32,000 bases of DNA from Candidatus Omnitrophota bacterium (GTDB lineage Bacteria > Omnitrophota > Gorgyraeia > Zapsychrales > JANLHA01): assembly GCA_963662715.1 (NCBI GenBank), contig OY759724.1:2550001-2582000 (forward strand), given 5' to 3'. Of this stretch, positions 1 through 7,606 are shown piece after piece. The notes beneath the pieces are model-generated. The model did not search any database. It saw only the letters and a list, made by a program, of their open reading frames with translations, and was not told the origin of the DNA. The translations under genes were made by a program, and so were the position numbers. The stretch's first letter is position 1; the number at the start of each line of letters is the position of its first letter.

Positions 1-64
1 TTTTTCCCGGGGGATTCTTGTCTTTAGCGAGACAGGCCGGGCGGAGAGGTGCGTTTTGATTGAA

Positions 65-102
65 GCCACCGCTTCTTAACGAGGCAGGTGGCATTTTTTT
101 TT
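65..102 (+). terminator. Rho-independent terminator of a + strand gene ending at or before the window start
   Basis: Stem GCCACCGCTTC / GAGGC(A)GGTGGC (65-92) with loop ttaac, followed directly by a run of nine T (94-102). Confidence 0.75.
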
Positions 103-187
103 GAAAGGATAACCGCCGCATGTTTAAGACGGCGTTGCTGAAAAGAAAGAGGGTGTTTGATGATAAATGTTAAAATGGTACTTTATC

Positions 188-237
188 ATCGTTTGTCAAT
201 AATAAATTATTGACAAACGATATCACTCTGCTATAAT
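188..237 (+). promoter_or_regulatory. Sigma70-type promoter with a palindromic operator over the -35 element
   Basis: TTGACA (211-216), 15-nt spacer, extended -10 TGcTATAAT (229-237). A perfect inverted repeat ATCGTTTGTCAATAAT / ATTATTGACAAACGAT (188-203 / 206-221) contains the -35. Confidence 0.6.
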
Positions 238-274
238 GCTATTCAGTCTAGATCATAAAAGAGGAGGATGCATT

Positions 275-817
275 ATGGATAACAGGTCAAAGATTCAAAA
301 ATTAAGTAAAATGTTTCACCGCTTTTTTTCTGTGCTTCTCGTTCTGATACCAATCTGCTATTTTTTCTATTGGACATTTATTAACTTCTTACCCGAGAGG
401 TTGATTACGGTCAACATGGATGCCAGTCCTTTAATTCCTCACAAAATTTCTTTTCATCTGCAGATGATAGGAGCCGCAGCATGTTTATTGCCTCTTTCTG
501 CCTTGGTTTTTGGAATTTTGAATTTAAGAAAACTTTTTTCCTATTATCAGGACGGGGTGATTTTTTCTGTTGAACAGGTGAAAATTTTTAAGAATATTTC
601 AAAAGCGCTCCTGTTATGGGCTGTTTTATCCATTGTCTATGAATCCATTAAAAGTGTGTTGTTCTCCTGGGGAAACCCTCCCGGCAGCAGAGTCTTAGAA
701 GTCGGCCTGAATTCAGGGCAAATAACGTCACTTATAATCGGGTTCCTTATGGTCGTTATTGCCTGGGTTATGGAAGAAGGGAGCGTTTTAGTTGAAGAAA
801 GGGAACTTGTTATTTAA
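275..817 (+). CDS. DUF2975-family integral membrane protein
   Basis: There are four or more hydrophobic segments, and the C-terminus (EEGSVLVEERELVI) is typical of DUF2975. AGGAGG at 262-267 precedes ATG 275. The ORF-track start at 236 lies inside the -10 box, so 275 is preferred. The position directly upstream of a small HTH gene is the canonical pairing. Confidence 0.8.
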   Translation: MDNRSKIQKLSKMFHRFFSVLLVLIPICYFFYWTFINFLPERLITVNMDASPLIPHKISFHLQMIGAAACLLPLSALVFGILNLRKLFSYYQDGVIFSVEQVKIFKNISKALLLWAVLSIVYESIKSVLFSWGNPPGSRVLEVGLNSGQITSLIIGFLMVVIAWVMEEGSVLVEERELVI

Positions 818-828
818 CAGGAGATGCT

Positions 829-1041
829 ATGGCCATCATAGTTAATTTGGATGTGGTTTTGGCTCAACGCAAAATGAAATCTGTGGATCTCGCAAGGCTC
901 ATCGGAATTACCGAGCAGAATTTGTCTATCCTGAAAACAGGAAAAGCCAAGGCGGTCCGCCTGACGACGTTAGACGCCATCTGCCGGCATCTTGATTGTC
1001 AGCCGGGAGATATCCTTGAATATAGACAGAATGGATCTTAA
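829..1041 (+). CDS. Small Cro/C1 (XRE)-type HTH transcriptional regulator, YozG-like
   Basis: 70 aa. The segment MKSVDLARLIGITEQNLSILKTGKAKAVRLTTLDAICRHLDCQPGDILEY matches the short HTH_26/YozG-type pattern. It starts 11 nt after the DUF2975 gene. Confidence 0.85.
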   Translation: MAIIVNLDVVLAQRKMKSVDLARLIGITEQNLSILKTGKAKAVRLTTLDAICRHLDCQPGDILEYRQNGS

Positions 1042-1131
1042 GCGGCGCAGCCATCCCGGAGCATTCATCTTATCGCAAAGAATAATGACTTTAAGAGTGT
1101 TGAAATTCTCGTTCAAGAGTGACCATGCCAT

Positions 1132-1308
1132 ATGAATGAAAACATGTTGGATCAGCTGAAACGGCTCGAAGCGGAACATGACGTGAGGATTTTATATGCG
1201 GTAGAATCCGGCAGCCGGGCATGGGGCTTTGCATCACAAGACAGCGATGGAGAAGGTGCCGGGGAGGGCTTTGTAAATAGAGTTTTTTGTCCACAAGTTA
1301 AATTTTGA
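1132..1308 (+). pseudogene. Truncated N-terminal remnant of a DNA-polymerase-beta-superfamily nucleotidyltransferase (PF10127-like)
   Basis: The translation MNENMLDQLKRLEAEHDVRILYAVESGSRAWGFASQDSD carries the family motif ESGSRAWGFxSxDSD. After about 39 aa it diverges into GEGAGEGFVNRVFCPQVKF-stop, whereas intact members are several-fold longer. Confidence 0.6.
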
Positions 1309-1332
1309 CTTTTCTATTAGTAAATATATACT
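1305..1332 (+). promoter_or_regulatory. Candidate sigma70 promoter for the tail-tube-like gene
   Basis: TTGACT (1305-1310), 16-nt spacer, TATACT (1327-1332). The spacer holds the inverted repeat ATTAGTA-n6-TACTAAT. Confidence 0.45.
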
Positions 1333-1421
1333 AATGATATATCAATTTTTTAAGTTATGGCGGTAGGCCCTGGCAAGGGCAGAGTTTTGTTTCAATGACC
1401 AGCAGATAGAAAGGAGAATGT

Positions 1422-1910
1422 ATGAAGGTATCCAGATTGACGGCAGCAATCATGGTATTGCTGCTTACCTGCGGTGCGGGGGTTGCCCAGAGTAAAGCCC
1501 CGGAAAGTGAAAAAAAGGATCAGGTTTATGCCGAAGTTGTGGTTCAAGGCGTCAACCTGGGAGACTTTCTGCTTGTCCAGATGCCTTCCGCGGAAACGGA
1601 AATCATCGAATATCAGGACGGAGACGATTCACTCTTAAGAAAAAGGCCGGGACGGACCCGTTACAGTAATCTTATCATCAAAAGATCTATTTCCGATGAT
1701 AACAGAATCATAGAGTGGTATGATGGTGTCAAGGCCGGTATGGTAGAGAGAAGAACAATCACTCTTATTGTAAAAGATGCTCGCGGTCAGGTTGTCGATA
1801 CACATACCCTGCTGAATGCTTGGCCGGCAGCATGGCAGGGCGGGGTTTTTGAAACAGCTGAATTCGTTCTTGAAGATATGGAGAGAGTTGTAGAAGAAGA
1901 GGAAGAATAG
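1422..1910 (+). CDS. Phage tail tube-like protein (T4 gp19 / TIGR02241 'conserved phage tail region' family) with an N-terminal signal peptide
   Basis: RBS AAAGGAGAA lies upstream of the ATG. The N-terminus MKVSRLTAAIMVLLLTCGAGVAQS is signal-like. The core EIIEYQDGDD..KRPGRTRYSNLIIKRSISDD..IIEWYDGVKAGMVERRTITLIVKDARGQVV..LLNAWPAAWQG follows the tube-family pattern E.IEY..G....K.PG..KY.N..LKR....D...W.....G...RR...I.L.D..G....L.NAWP..W.G. The C-terminus is acidic (EEEEE). Confidence 0.75.
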   Translation: MKVSRLTAAIMVLLLTCGAGVAQSKAPESEKKDQVYAEVVVQGVNLGDFLLVQMPSAETEIIEYQDGDDSLLRKRPGRTRYSNLIIKRSISDDNRIIEWYDGVKAGMVERRTITLIVKDARGQVVDTHTLLNAWPAAWQGGVFETAEFVLEDMERVVEEEEE

Positions 1911-1925
1911 ATCCGCGTTTGCGAA

Positions 1926-1972
1926 GGCCGGTGTTTTAACCAGCCGGCCGCAAGGCGGCAGGAATATTTTTT
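1926..1972 (+). terminator. Probable terminator region (two overlapping GC hairpins followed by a T run)
   Basis: Hairpin GGCCGG..CCGGCC (1926-1949) and hairpin GCCGC-aag-GCGGC (1947-1959), then aggaataTTTTTT. The gap before the T run makes it non-canonical. Confidence 0.4.
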
Positions 1973-2081
1973 CCTCCCTGTCCTACTTTGCCCTACTTCG
2001 TCATATTGACAGTCATCTGGTCTTCCGATAATATAAAAGGCTATTTTAACATTGCCTTGATATGAAATTTTTTAATGCGCA

Positions 2082-2111
2082 TTTTATCTGTTTCGGGATA
2101 AGCAGATAAAA
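2082..2111. repeat. 9-bp-arm perfect inverted repeat in an AT-rich promoter region
   Basis: TTTTATCTG (2082-2090) and CAGATAAAA (2103-2111) are separated by 12 nt, about 165 nt upstream of the lipoprotein gene. Confidence 0.5.
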
Positions 2112-2273
2112 ATTTGTTAAGATATTTTTAACTTCTATATTTGTCAGCCATCTTCCCGCCGTAGCCTGTCATAACTTTGACACTTTTTAATTTTCAACGG
2201 TGATAAAATTCACTTGAGAGGGAGATTGTTTGTTAAAAAATTATTGAGCTTAAAAATCAAAAAAGGAGGAGAC

Positions 2274-2756
2274 ATGAAAAAATCAGTTTTAACAGTACTA
2301 ATGGCGGGATTTATGGCGATGAGCCTTTCCGGCTGCGCAACCAGGCTTATAGATTTCACCATGATTTCTACCAAGAATGTCGATTTCACCAAAGGGGCCA
2401 GTTTTAAGCGGGGGAGAGAGCGAGTAGAAGGGATTGATGAAGTTTCTATTATCATTTTTATCCCGACCGGTACCCCGAATATTAAAGAAGCGATAGACCG
2501 GGCTATTGAAAGCGTCCCCGGAGCTGTTGCTTTAGTCGATGGCGTTGTGACCCAGAAATCCTGGTATATTCCTTATATTTTCGGCAAGAGCAGTTTTGTT
2601 GTTGAAGGAACCCCGCTGATTGATCCGAGTATGGCATCGGTTGAGAGAGAATCGGATTATATTGTAAGCAAGATGGATGAATCCGGAGAAGTTGAGGAAC
2701 TGCGGTATGTCAGTGCGAATGAGTATGCAGCTTTGAAGAAGGACTTGAATTTATAG
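2274..2756 (+). CDS. Lipoprotein of unknown function
   Basis: AAAGGAGGA (2262-2270) precedes ATG 2274. The N-terminus MKKSVLTVLMAGFMAMSLSGCATR contains the lipobox LSGC. The upstream extension to 2214 lacks an RBS. Confidence 0.8.
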   Translation: MKKSVLTVLMAGFMAMSLSGCATRLIDFTMISTKNVDFTKGASFKRGRERVEGIDEVSIIIFIPTGTPNIKEAIDRAIESVPGAVALVDGVVTQKSWYIPYIFGKSSFVVEGTPLIDPSMASVERESDYIVSKMDESGEVEELRYVSANEYAALKKDLNL

Positions 2757-2794
2757 TTCCGGATTTTTGGATATTGAAATAATGTTACAGTAAA

Positions 2795-2821
2795 CGGGCG
2801 CCTTAAGGCGTCCGCTTTTTT
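2795..2821 (+). terminator. Rho-independent terminator
   Basis: An 8-bp stem CGGGCGCC / GGCGTCCG (one G-U pair) with loop ttaa is followed by cTTTTTT. Confidence 0.75.
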
Positions 2822-3201
2822 GCACAGCCGGGGCAGGGCCTGCTTTTATATATCCCTTCTTATCCTGCATTTTTGTTGAAAAAGTGGAAATTATCCTGAG
2901 GAATCTTACCTTAATGTAGATTATTTCTCAGCCCTCATTATTAGAAAGATTTACCCGGTTCTGAGGGATATGTTGTAAGATATTCACTAATAAAACGTTA
3001 TATATCTTCGGGAAAAAGACGCTCTTTATTGGCACAATTGATGCTTTAGAATAATAATGTCTGAAAATAAAATTTTGGAGTAAGGGCTTATGAAAAAAAA
3101 TTGTTATGGCTGACCGCTTTTTCGGCCAGAGTATTTTTTCAGCTTTTATTTTTGGCTGGAAAATACCGGAGATTATTGGTATAAATCTTCAGGTGAAAAA
3201 G

Positions 3202-3262
3202 TCCGCGCTCCCTTGCCTGCGGATGATTGTGATGCCTCGGTGAGTCAGGAAAGGAGTCTTTG
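3202..3262 (+). promoter_or_regulatory. modA leader with a potential SD-sequestering helix and a competing hairpin
   Basis: CTCC (3208-3211) and CCTG (3216-3219) can pair with CAGG (3246-3249) and GGAG (3253-3256, the SD). A mutually exclusive hairpin TCCGC (3202-3206) / GCGGA (3219-3223) would place CTCC in its loop. Confidence 0.35.
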
Positions 3263-4042
3263 ATGAAGAAGAGAAGGTTTTTTTTATTGTTTTTATGGTT
3301 TTTATGGCCGATAATCGCGGGGGCGGGTCCCGCAGGAGCGGAACCCTCTTTCCGGGTCTATGCGGCAGCAAGTTTGACGGGGCCGTTAAAAGAGATCATC
3401 ACGGCTTTTGAACAGGAATCCGGAGTCCAGGTCAAAGTCAATTTTGCTTCGTCCGGAAATTTAGCCCGGCAGATCGAACTGGGAGCGTCGGCAGATGTTT
3501 TTATATCAGCTTCACAGAAATGGATGGATTATGCCCAAGAGAAAGAGACGATTGACCCGGAAACACGGATCAACCCTATAGGGAACGCCATCGTGCTGAT
3601 TTCCCCGCAAGGGATTGAGGCTGTGCCCGTGCGTTTTGATAAAGATTTCTCCTTAGCGGACGCTTTTAACGGAAAGTTCTCTATTGGAGACCCGGATCAT
3701 GTCCCGGCCGGCAAATACGCTCAAGAGGCCATGCAGGCTTTGGGATGGTGGGATCGCCTCAGTCCCCGTTTAATCCGTGCCAAAGACGTAAGGCAGGCTC
3801 TTCTTATTGTCGAGTCGGGGGAGGTTGAAATGGGAACTGTTTTTGCCTCTGACGCAGCAAAGTCCGCCAAGGTGAAGGTGGTGGGGGTTTTCCCGGAAGT
3901 TCTGCATGCTCCTGTCGTATATTCGGCAGCGCTTTGCACGCAGCGTACAGAAACAGCATTCAGTGAAAAATTTTTAAATTTTTTGCTGAGCGAAAAAGCC
4001 CAGAAAATATTTTTAGATTACGGTTTTGTGCAGGTGCCCTAG
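3263..4042 (+). CDS. modA: Molybdate ABC transporter substrate-binding protein ModA
   Basis: A signal peptide is followed by FRVYAAASLTGPLKEIITAFEQESGVQVKVNFASSGNLARQIELGASADVFISAS, which closely parallels E. coli ModA. GGAG lies 6 nt upstream of ATG 3263. Confidence 0.9.
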   Translation: MKKRRFFLLFLWFLWPIIAGAGPAGAEPSFRVYAAASLTGPLKEIITAFEQESGVQVKVNFASSGNLARQIELGASADVFISASQKWMDYAQEKETIDPETRINPIGNAIVLISPQGIEAVPVRFDKDFSLADAFNGKFSIGDPDHVPAGKYAQEAMQALGWWDRLSPRLIRAKDVRQALLIVESGEVEMGTVFASDAAKSAKVKVVGVFPEVLHAPVVYSAALCTQRTETAFSEKFLNFLLSEKAQKIFLDYGFVQVP

Positions 4043-4061
4043 GAGAAAGGTCTTGTCCTTC

Positions 4062-4760
4062 ATGTTCCGTTTATTCACCCCGGAAGAGATCAGCGCTTTA
4101 ATTCTATCTTTTAAGGTGGCGTTACTGTGCGCGGTTATTTCTGCTCCGCCGGCTATTTTCCTGGGATGGCTGTTCGCCCGTAAGGATTTTAAAGGGAAAA
4201 CGCTGCTGGATGCCCTTGTCCATATTCCCATGGTTCTTCCTCCTGTTACGGTCGGGTACCTGTTGTTGCTGACATTCGGAATCAAAGGATGGTTGGGCCG
4301 TTATCTGTTCGAGTGGCTCGAAGTCCGCCTGGCTTTCAACTTTTTTGCGGCCGTTTTGGCATCCATTGTTGTTTCTATGCCGCTTTTTGTCCGTGCTGTC
4401 CGTATCGCCATTGAAATGTCGGACCCAAAATACGAACAGGCCGCCAGGACTCTGGGGTGCGGCAGATGGAAGACTTTTTTTGCCGTGACCTTGCCGCTAT
4501 CCTTCCCGGGGGTGCTCAGCGGGTTTATCCTGTCTTTTTCCCGCAGCCTGGGAGAATTCGGGGCAACGATGATTCTGGCCGGTAATATTTACGGGGAGAC
4601 ACAGACAATCCCGCTTGCGATTTACAGCCTGATGCAATCTCCGGGAGGGGAAGCGGCGGCTATGCGGCTGGCCATTTTTTCTGTCATGATATCTATCGCG
4701 GCCTTCAGCATTTCGGAAGTTCTCGAGAGGCGTTCGATAAGGATGAGGCATGAACCTTAA
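4062..4760 (+). CDS. modB: Molybdate ABC transporter permease ModB
   Basis: MFRLFTPEEISALILSFKVAL...PMVLPPVTVGYLLL...FSRSLGEFGATMILAGN includes the EAA-loop-like motif. The start is ambiguous: ATG 4062 is preferred, and TTG 4026 or 4053 are possible. Confidence 0.88.
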   Translation: MFRLFTPEEISALILSFKVALLCAVISAPPAIFLGWLFARKDFKGKTLLDALVHIPMVLPPVTVGYLLLLTFGIKGWLGRYLFEWLEVRLAFNFFAAVLASIVVSMPLFVRAVRIAIEMSDPKYEQAARTLGCGRWKTFFAVTLPLSFPGVLSGFILSFSRSLGEFGATMILAGNIYGETQTIPLAIYSLMQSPGGEAAAMRLAIFSVMISIAAFSISEVLERRSIRMRHEP

Positions 4761-5826
4761 ACTGAACATATTCCTCCGGCAGGGGGCATTTGTCCTGGAT
4801 GCGGAACTCCGTATCCAGGACCAGGTCGTCGGCTTTTTCGGCCCTTCGGGAGCGGGGAAAAGCACCATGCTGCATCTGCTGTCCGGACTTAAAAGACCGC
4901 AGAAAGGTCATATTGTTTTGGGGGGCAAGACGCTGTGCGATATCGAGAACAGAATATACGTGCCCCCGGAGAAACGCGATATCGGAGTGGTATTCCAGGA
5001 GGCGCGGCTGTTCCCTCACCTGAATGTCGAAGAAAATATTCTGTTTGGCGTCAGAAACAGGATGGAAGGAAGTTTCCTGGAGGCGGTTATTGATACTCTT
5101 GAGATAGGGCACCTGCTTAAGAGGGTCATTTGCCATTTGTCCGGCGGAGAAAAACAGCGTGTCGCTCTGGCCCGTGCGTTAATCCGCAAACCCAGACTCT
5201 TGCTGCTTGACGAGCCGTTTTCCGCTATTGATGTTAACCTCCGGGCCATGCTTCTGCCGTTCATCAGCCGTGTCCGGCAGGAATTCAAATGCCCTATGAT
5301 TATCATTTCTCATGACCTGCCGGACCTTTTGTGCCTGACAAATGCCCTGGTGATTTTTAATGAGGGGAAAATTCTAGGCTACGGAAACTGTTCGGACCTG
5401 GTTTTTGACCCGCAGTGCTCAAGGCTTATTAAGCATGCCGGTATTTATGCCACATTTGACGCAAAGGTTACTTCTGTTGACCCCCAATCCGGGAGCGTTG
5501 CTTTTTGTCCTGAAGATAACGGGCAGGCGATAAGGGCTCCGTATAAGGAGGGTGTCCGGCCCGGTATGAATGTCAAAGCCCGTTTAAGGCCCGAAGACGT
5601 GGTCCTGGCCAGCGAGCAGGCTGATTTTATCACGTCACAGAACCAACTGAAAGCGACGATTGTGCGTGTGCGGTATTTTGAAGACGAAGTTCTACTTGAA
5701 CTTGACGCGGGATTTAAAATTTTGTCCGGAATTACTCATAAGGCCGCCAAGCAGTTTGAGGTTGCCGCTGGCAAGGTGATATGGATCATGTTTAAAAGTC
5801 TGGCCGTCGAATACTACATCCCCTGA
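4750..5826 (+). CDS. modC: Molybdate ABC transporter ATP-binding protein ModC with a C-terminal TOBE/Mop-like domain
   Basis: Walker A GPSGAGKST, signature LSGGEKQRVALARAL and Walker B LLLDEPFSAID are present, with a ~120-aa C-terminal extension. The gene overlaps the modB stop by 11 nt. Confidence 0.9.
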   Translation: MNLKLNIFLRQGAFVLDAELRIQDQVVGFFGPSGAGKSTMLHLLSGLKRPQKGHIVLGGKTLCDIENRIYVPPEKRDIGVVFQEARLFPHLNVEENILFGVRNRMEGSFLEAVIDTLEIGHLLKRVICHLSGGEKQRVALARALIRKPRLLLLDEPFSAIDVNLRAMLLPFISRVRQEFKCPMIIISHDLPDLLCLTNALVIFNEGKILGYGNCSDLVFDPQCSRLIKHAGIYATFDAKVTSVDPQSGSVAFCPEDNGQAIRAPYKEGVRPGMNVKARLRPEDVVLASEQADFITSQNQLKATIVRVRYFEDEVLLELDAGFKILSGITHKAAKQFEVAAGKVIWIMFKSLAVEYYIP

Positions 5827-5922
5827 AAGCCCGGCGGCCTATGCCTCTCACATGGGATATTCCGATGTGCAGTTCGGCGCCGTGATAATTTTTGCGCTTC
5901 GGAAAGTTATTTTGGATGGTTG

Positions 5923-5931
5923 TGATATAAT
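5923..5931 (+). promoter_or_regulatory. Candidate extended -10 promoter element upstream of the first MATE gene
   Basis: TGaTATAAT ends 14 nt before ATG 5946, and there is no SD. This implies a very short or absent leader. Confidence 0.35.
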
Positions 5932-5945
5932 AGAAAACTAATATT

Positions 5946-7340
5946 ATGAACGCTAAAAACCATCTTACTCAAGGCCGGGTCGCAGAAAAACTCCTTTCCC
6001 TGACCATCCCGATGGTATTCGGGATGCTTGCCATGGTGGTTTTTAACCTTGTGGACACCTTTTTTATTTCACGGCTGGGCACGAGACAACTGGCCGCCAT
6101 GGGGTTTACCTTCCCGGTTGTGATGTTTGTTGTCAGTATTGCCCTGGGCTTTGGCGTTGCGACTTCGTCCGTCGTTGCCCGGGCCATCGGCCGGGGAGAT
6201 TCTCATCAAGTGCAGCGGCTTACCACGGACAGCCTGATTATCTCGGTGTTTCTGGTGATTATTTTTGCTGTTCTGGGGTTGCTTTCCATGGACTGGATAT
6301 TCCCGCTTCTCGGAGCCGGCGACGAAACCATTCCCCTGATCAAGGAGTATATGCATATATGGTATCTGGGGGTTGCTTTTGTTGTTATCCCCATGGTCGG
6401 GAACAATGCGATCCGGGCCTGCGGGGACACTTTTTTCCCCAGTCTGATCATGACTGTTTCCATGGTCGTTAATGTCATTTTAGATCCTCTGCTGATTTTC
6501 GGCCTTTGGGGGTTTCCCCGTATGGAATTAAAAGGCGCGGCCATTGCCACCGTTGTCTCTCGTGCTGTCTCCATGATATTTTCTTTGCTGATTTTGCGCT
6601 TTAAAGAAAAGCTGATTGATTTTTCTTTGCCGTCTTTTAAAGAATTTATGGATTCGGTCAAACAGATTTTTTATGTCGGTATCCCTTCCGCCGTTTCCCG
6701 GTTGCTTGTCCCTGTTACCATGGCTGTCATTATGCGTCTGGTGGCCGGTTTCGGGGCGGCGGCTGTTGCCGCCTTCGGCGTGGCCGTAAAGATCGAGATG
6801 TTCGTGTTCATACTGATCATGGCTTTGGCTACGGCGTTAATCCCTTTTGTGGGGCAGAACTGGGGGGCAAAGAATTTCAGCCGCGTTAAAGAAGCCATAG
6901 AAAAAGCCAATACATTTTCTTTGTGGTGGGGGATAGTCAGTTTTTTCGGATTTTGGGCCATGGCTGTCCCTCTGGGCCACTTGTTCGGGAAGGATATAGA
7001 AGTGGCCAAACACATTACGCGATATTTATATATTATCCCTGTAAGTTACGGCCTGCTCGGCTGTTCATTTTTAGCGGGCGCGGTGTTTAATGCCGTGAAT
7101 AAGCCGCTCATCGCCATTGGCCTGGACTCCGTGAGGCTGTTTATTCTGTCTGTTCCGTTAGCGGTGATCGGGAGCCGGCTTTCAGGATTAACCGGCTTGT
7201 TTGCGGGATTGTGTTTGGCGAACCTGGGGGCAGGGACATTATCCGTTATGGCAGGGCGGATGTCGTTTCAGGAAAGGAAGAGAATAACAAAATTCGCTGT
7301 TAAACTGGAGGAGTCGAGTGAGCTTAGAGGAACGTGTTAA
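5946..7340 (+). CDS. MATE-family (MOP superfamily) transporter
   Basis: 464 aa with about 12 hydrophobic segments. The N-terminal pattern LSLTIPMVFGMLAMVVFNLVDTFFISRLGTRQLAAMGF is typical of MATE/NorM-type proteins. Confidence 0.85.
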   Translation: MNAKNHLTQGRVAEKLLSLTIPMVFGMLAMVVFNLVDTFFISRLGTRQLAAMGFTFPVVMFVVSIALGFGVATSSVVARAIGRGDSHQVQRLTTDSLIISVFLVIIFAVLGLLSMDWIFPLLGAGDETIPLIKEYMHIWYLGVAFVVIPMVGNNAIRACGDTFFPSLIMTVSMVVNVILDPLLIFGLWGFPRMELKGAAIATVVSRAVSMIFSLLILRFKEKLIDFSLPSFKEFMDSVKQIFYVGIPSAVSRLLVPVTMAVIMRLVAGFGAAAVAAFGVAVKIEMFVFILIMALATALIPFVGQNWGAKNFSRVKEAIEKANTFSLWWGIVSFFGFWAMAVPLGHLFGKDIEVAKHITRYLYIIPVSYGLLGCSFLAGAVFNAVNKPLIAIGLDSVRLFILSVPLAVIGSRLSGLTGLFAGLCLANLGAGTLSVMAGRMSFQERKRITKFAVKLEESSELRGTC

Positions 7341-7584
7341 AAAGATTATTGAAGAGAACCTGGAAGAAAAAGCGGAAATTACGCTGGAAACGGATTTGCG
7401 CGACGGTCTTAATCTGGATTCTTTCGCCATGGTTTTGATCGTTAACGCCCTGGAGGAGGAGTTCGGCATTACCATTGACGATCAGAGCTTCCGGGAGATT
7501 CATACGGTGTCGGATATTGTTCAGGCTTTAAAGCAGCGCTGTCCTGAACTGCAGGAATCTCAGCCGGAGAGGAAAATGTCTTAA
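7318..7584 (+). CDS. Acyl carrier protein (dedicated, non-housekeeping type)
   Basis: 88 aa. LNLDSFAMVLIVNALEEEFGI carries the phosphopantetheine serine (Ser35, codon 7420-7422). GGAGGAG (7307-7313) precedes GTG 7318. The gene overlaps the 3' end of the MATE gene by 23 nt. Confidence 0.85.
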   Translation: MSLEERVKKIIEENLEEKAEITLETDLRDGLNLDSFAMVLIVNALEEEFGITIDDQSFREIHTVSDIVQALKQRCPELQESQPERKMS

Positions 7585-7606
7585 CACATACTTAAGGGGG
7601 AGATTC

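Noticed and set aside
236-274. N-terminal extensions suggested by the ORF track (236, 2214, 4026, 12262, 17158, 20210, 23007, 25463, 29963).
   Set aside because: In each case a downstream in-frame start is better placed relative to an SD-like sequence. That start also begins the signal peptide or the conserved N-terminus. For 236, the ATG lies inside the -10 hexamer.
1467-1478. LLTC in the tail-tube-like protein's signal peptide, read as a lipobox.
   Set aside because: Thr at position -1 is atypical for lipoprotein signal peptidase sites. Signal peptidase I cleavage after GVA is equally plausible. The protein is therefore called only 'signal peptide', not 'lipoprotein'.
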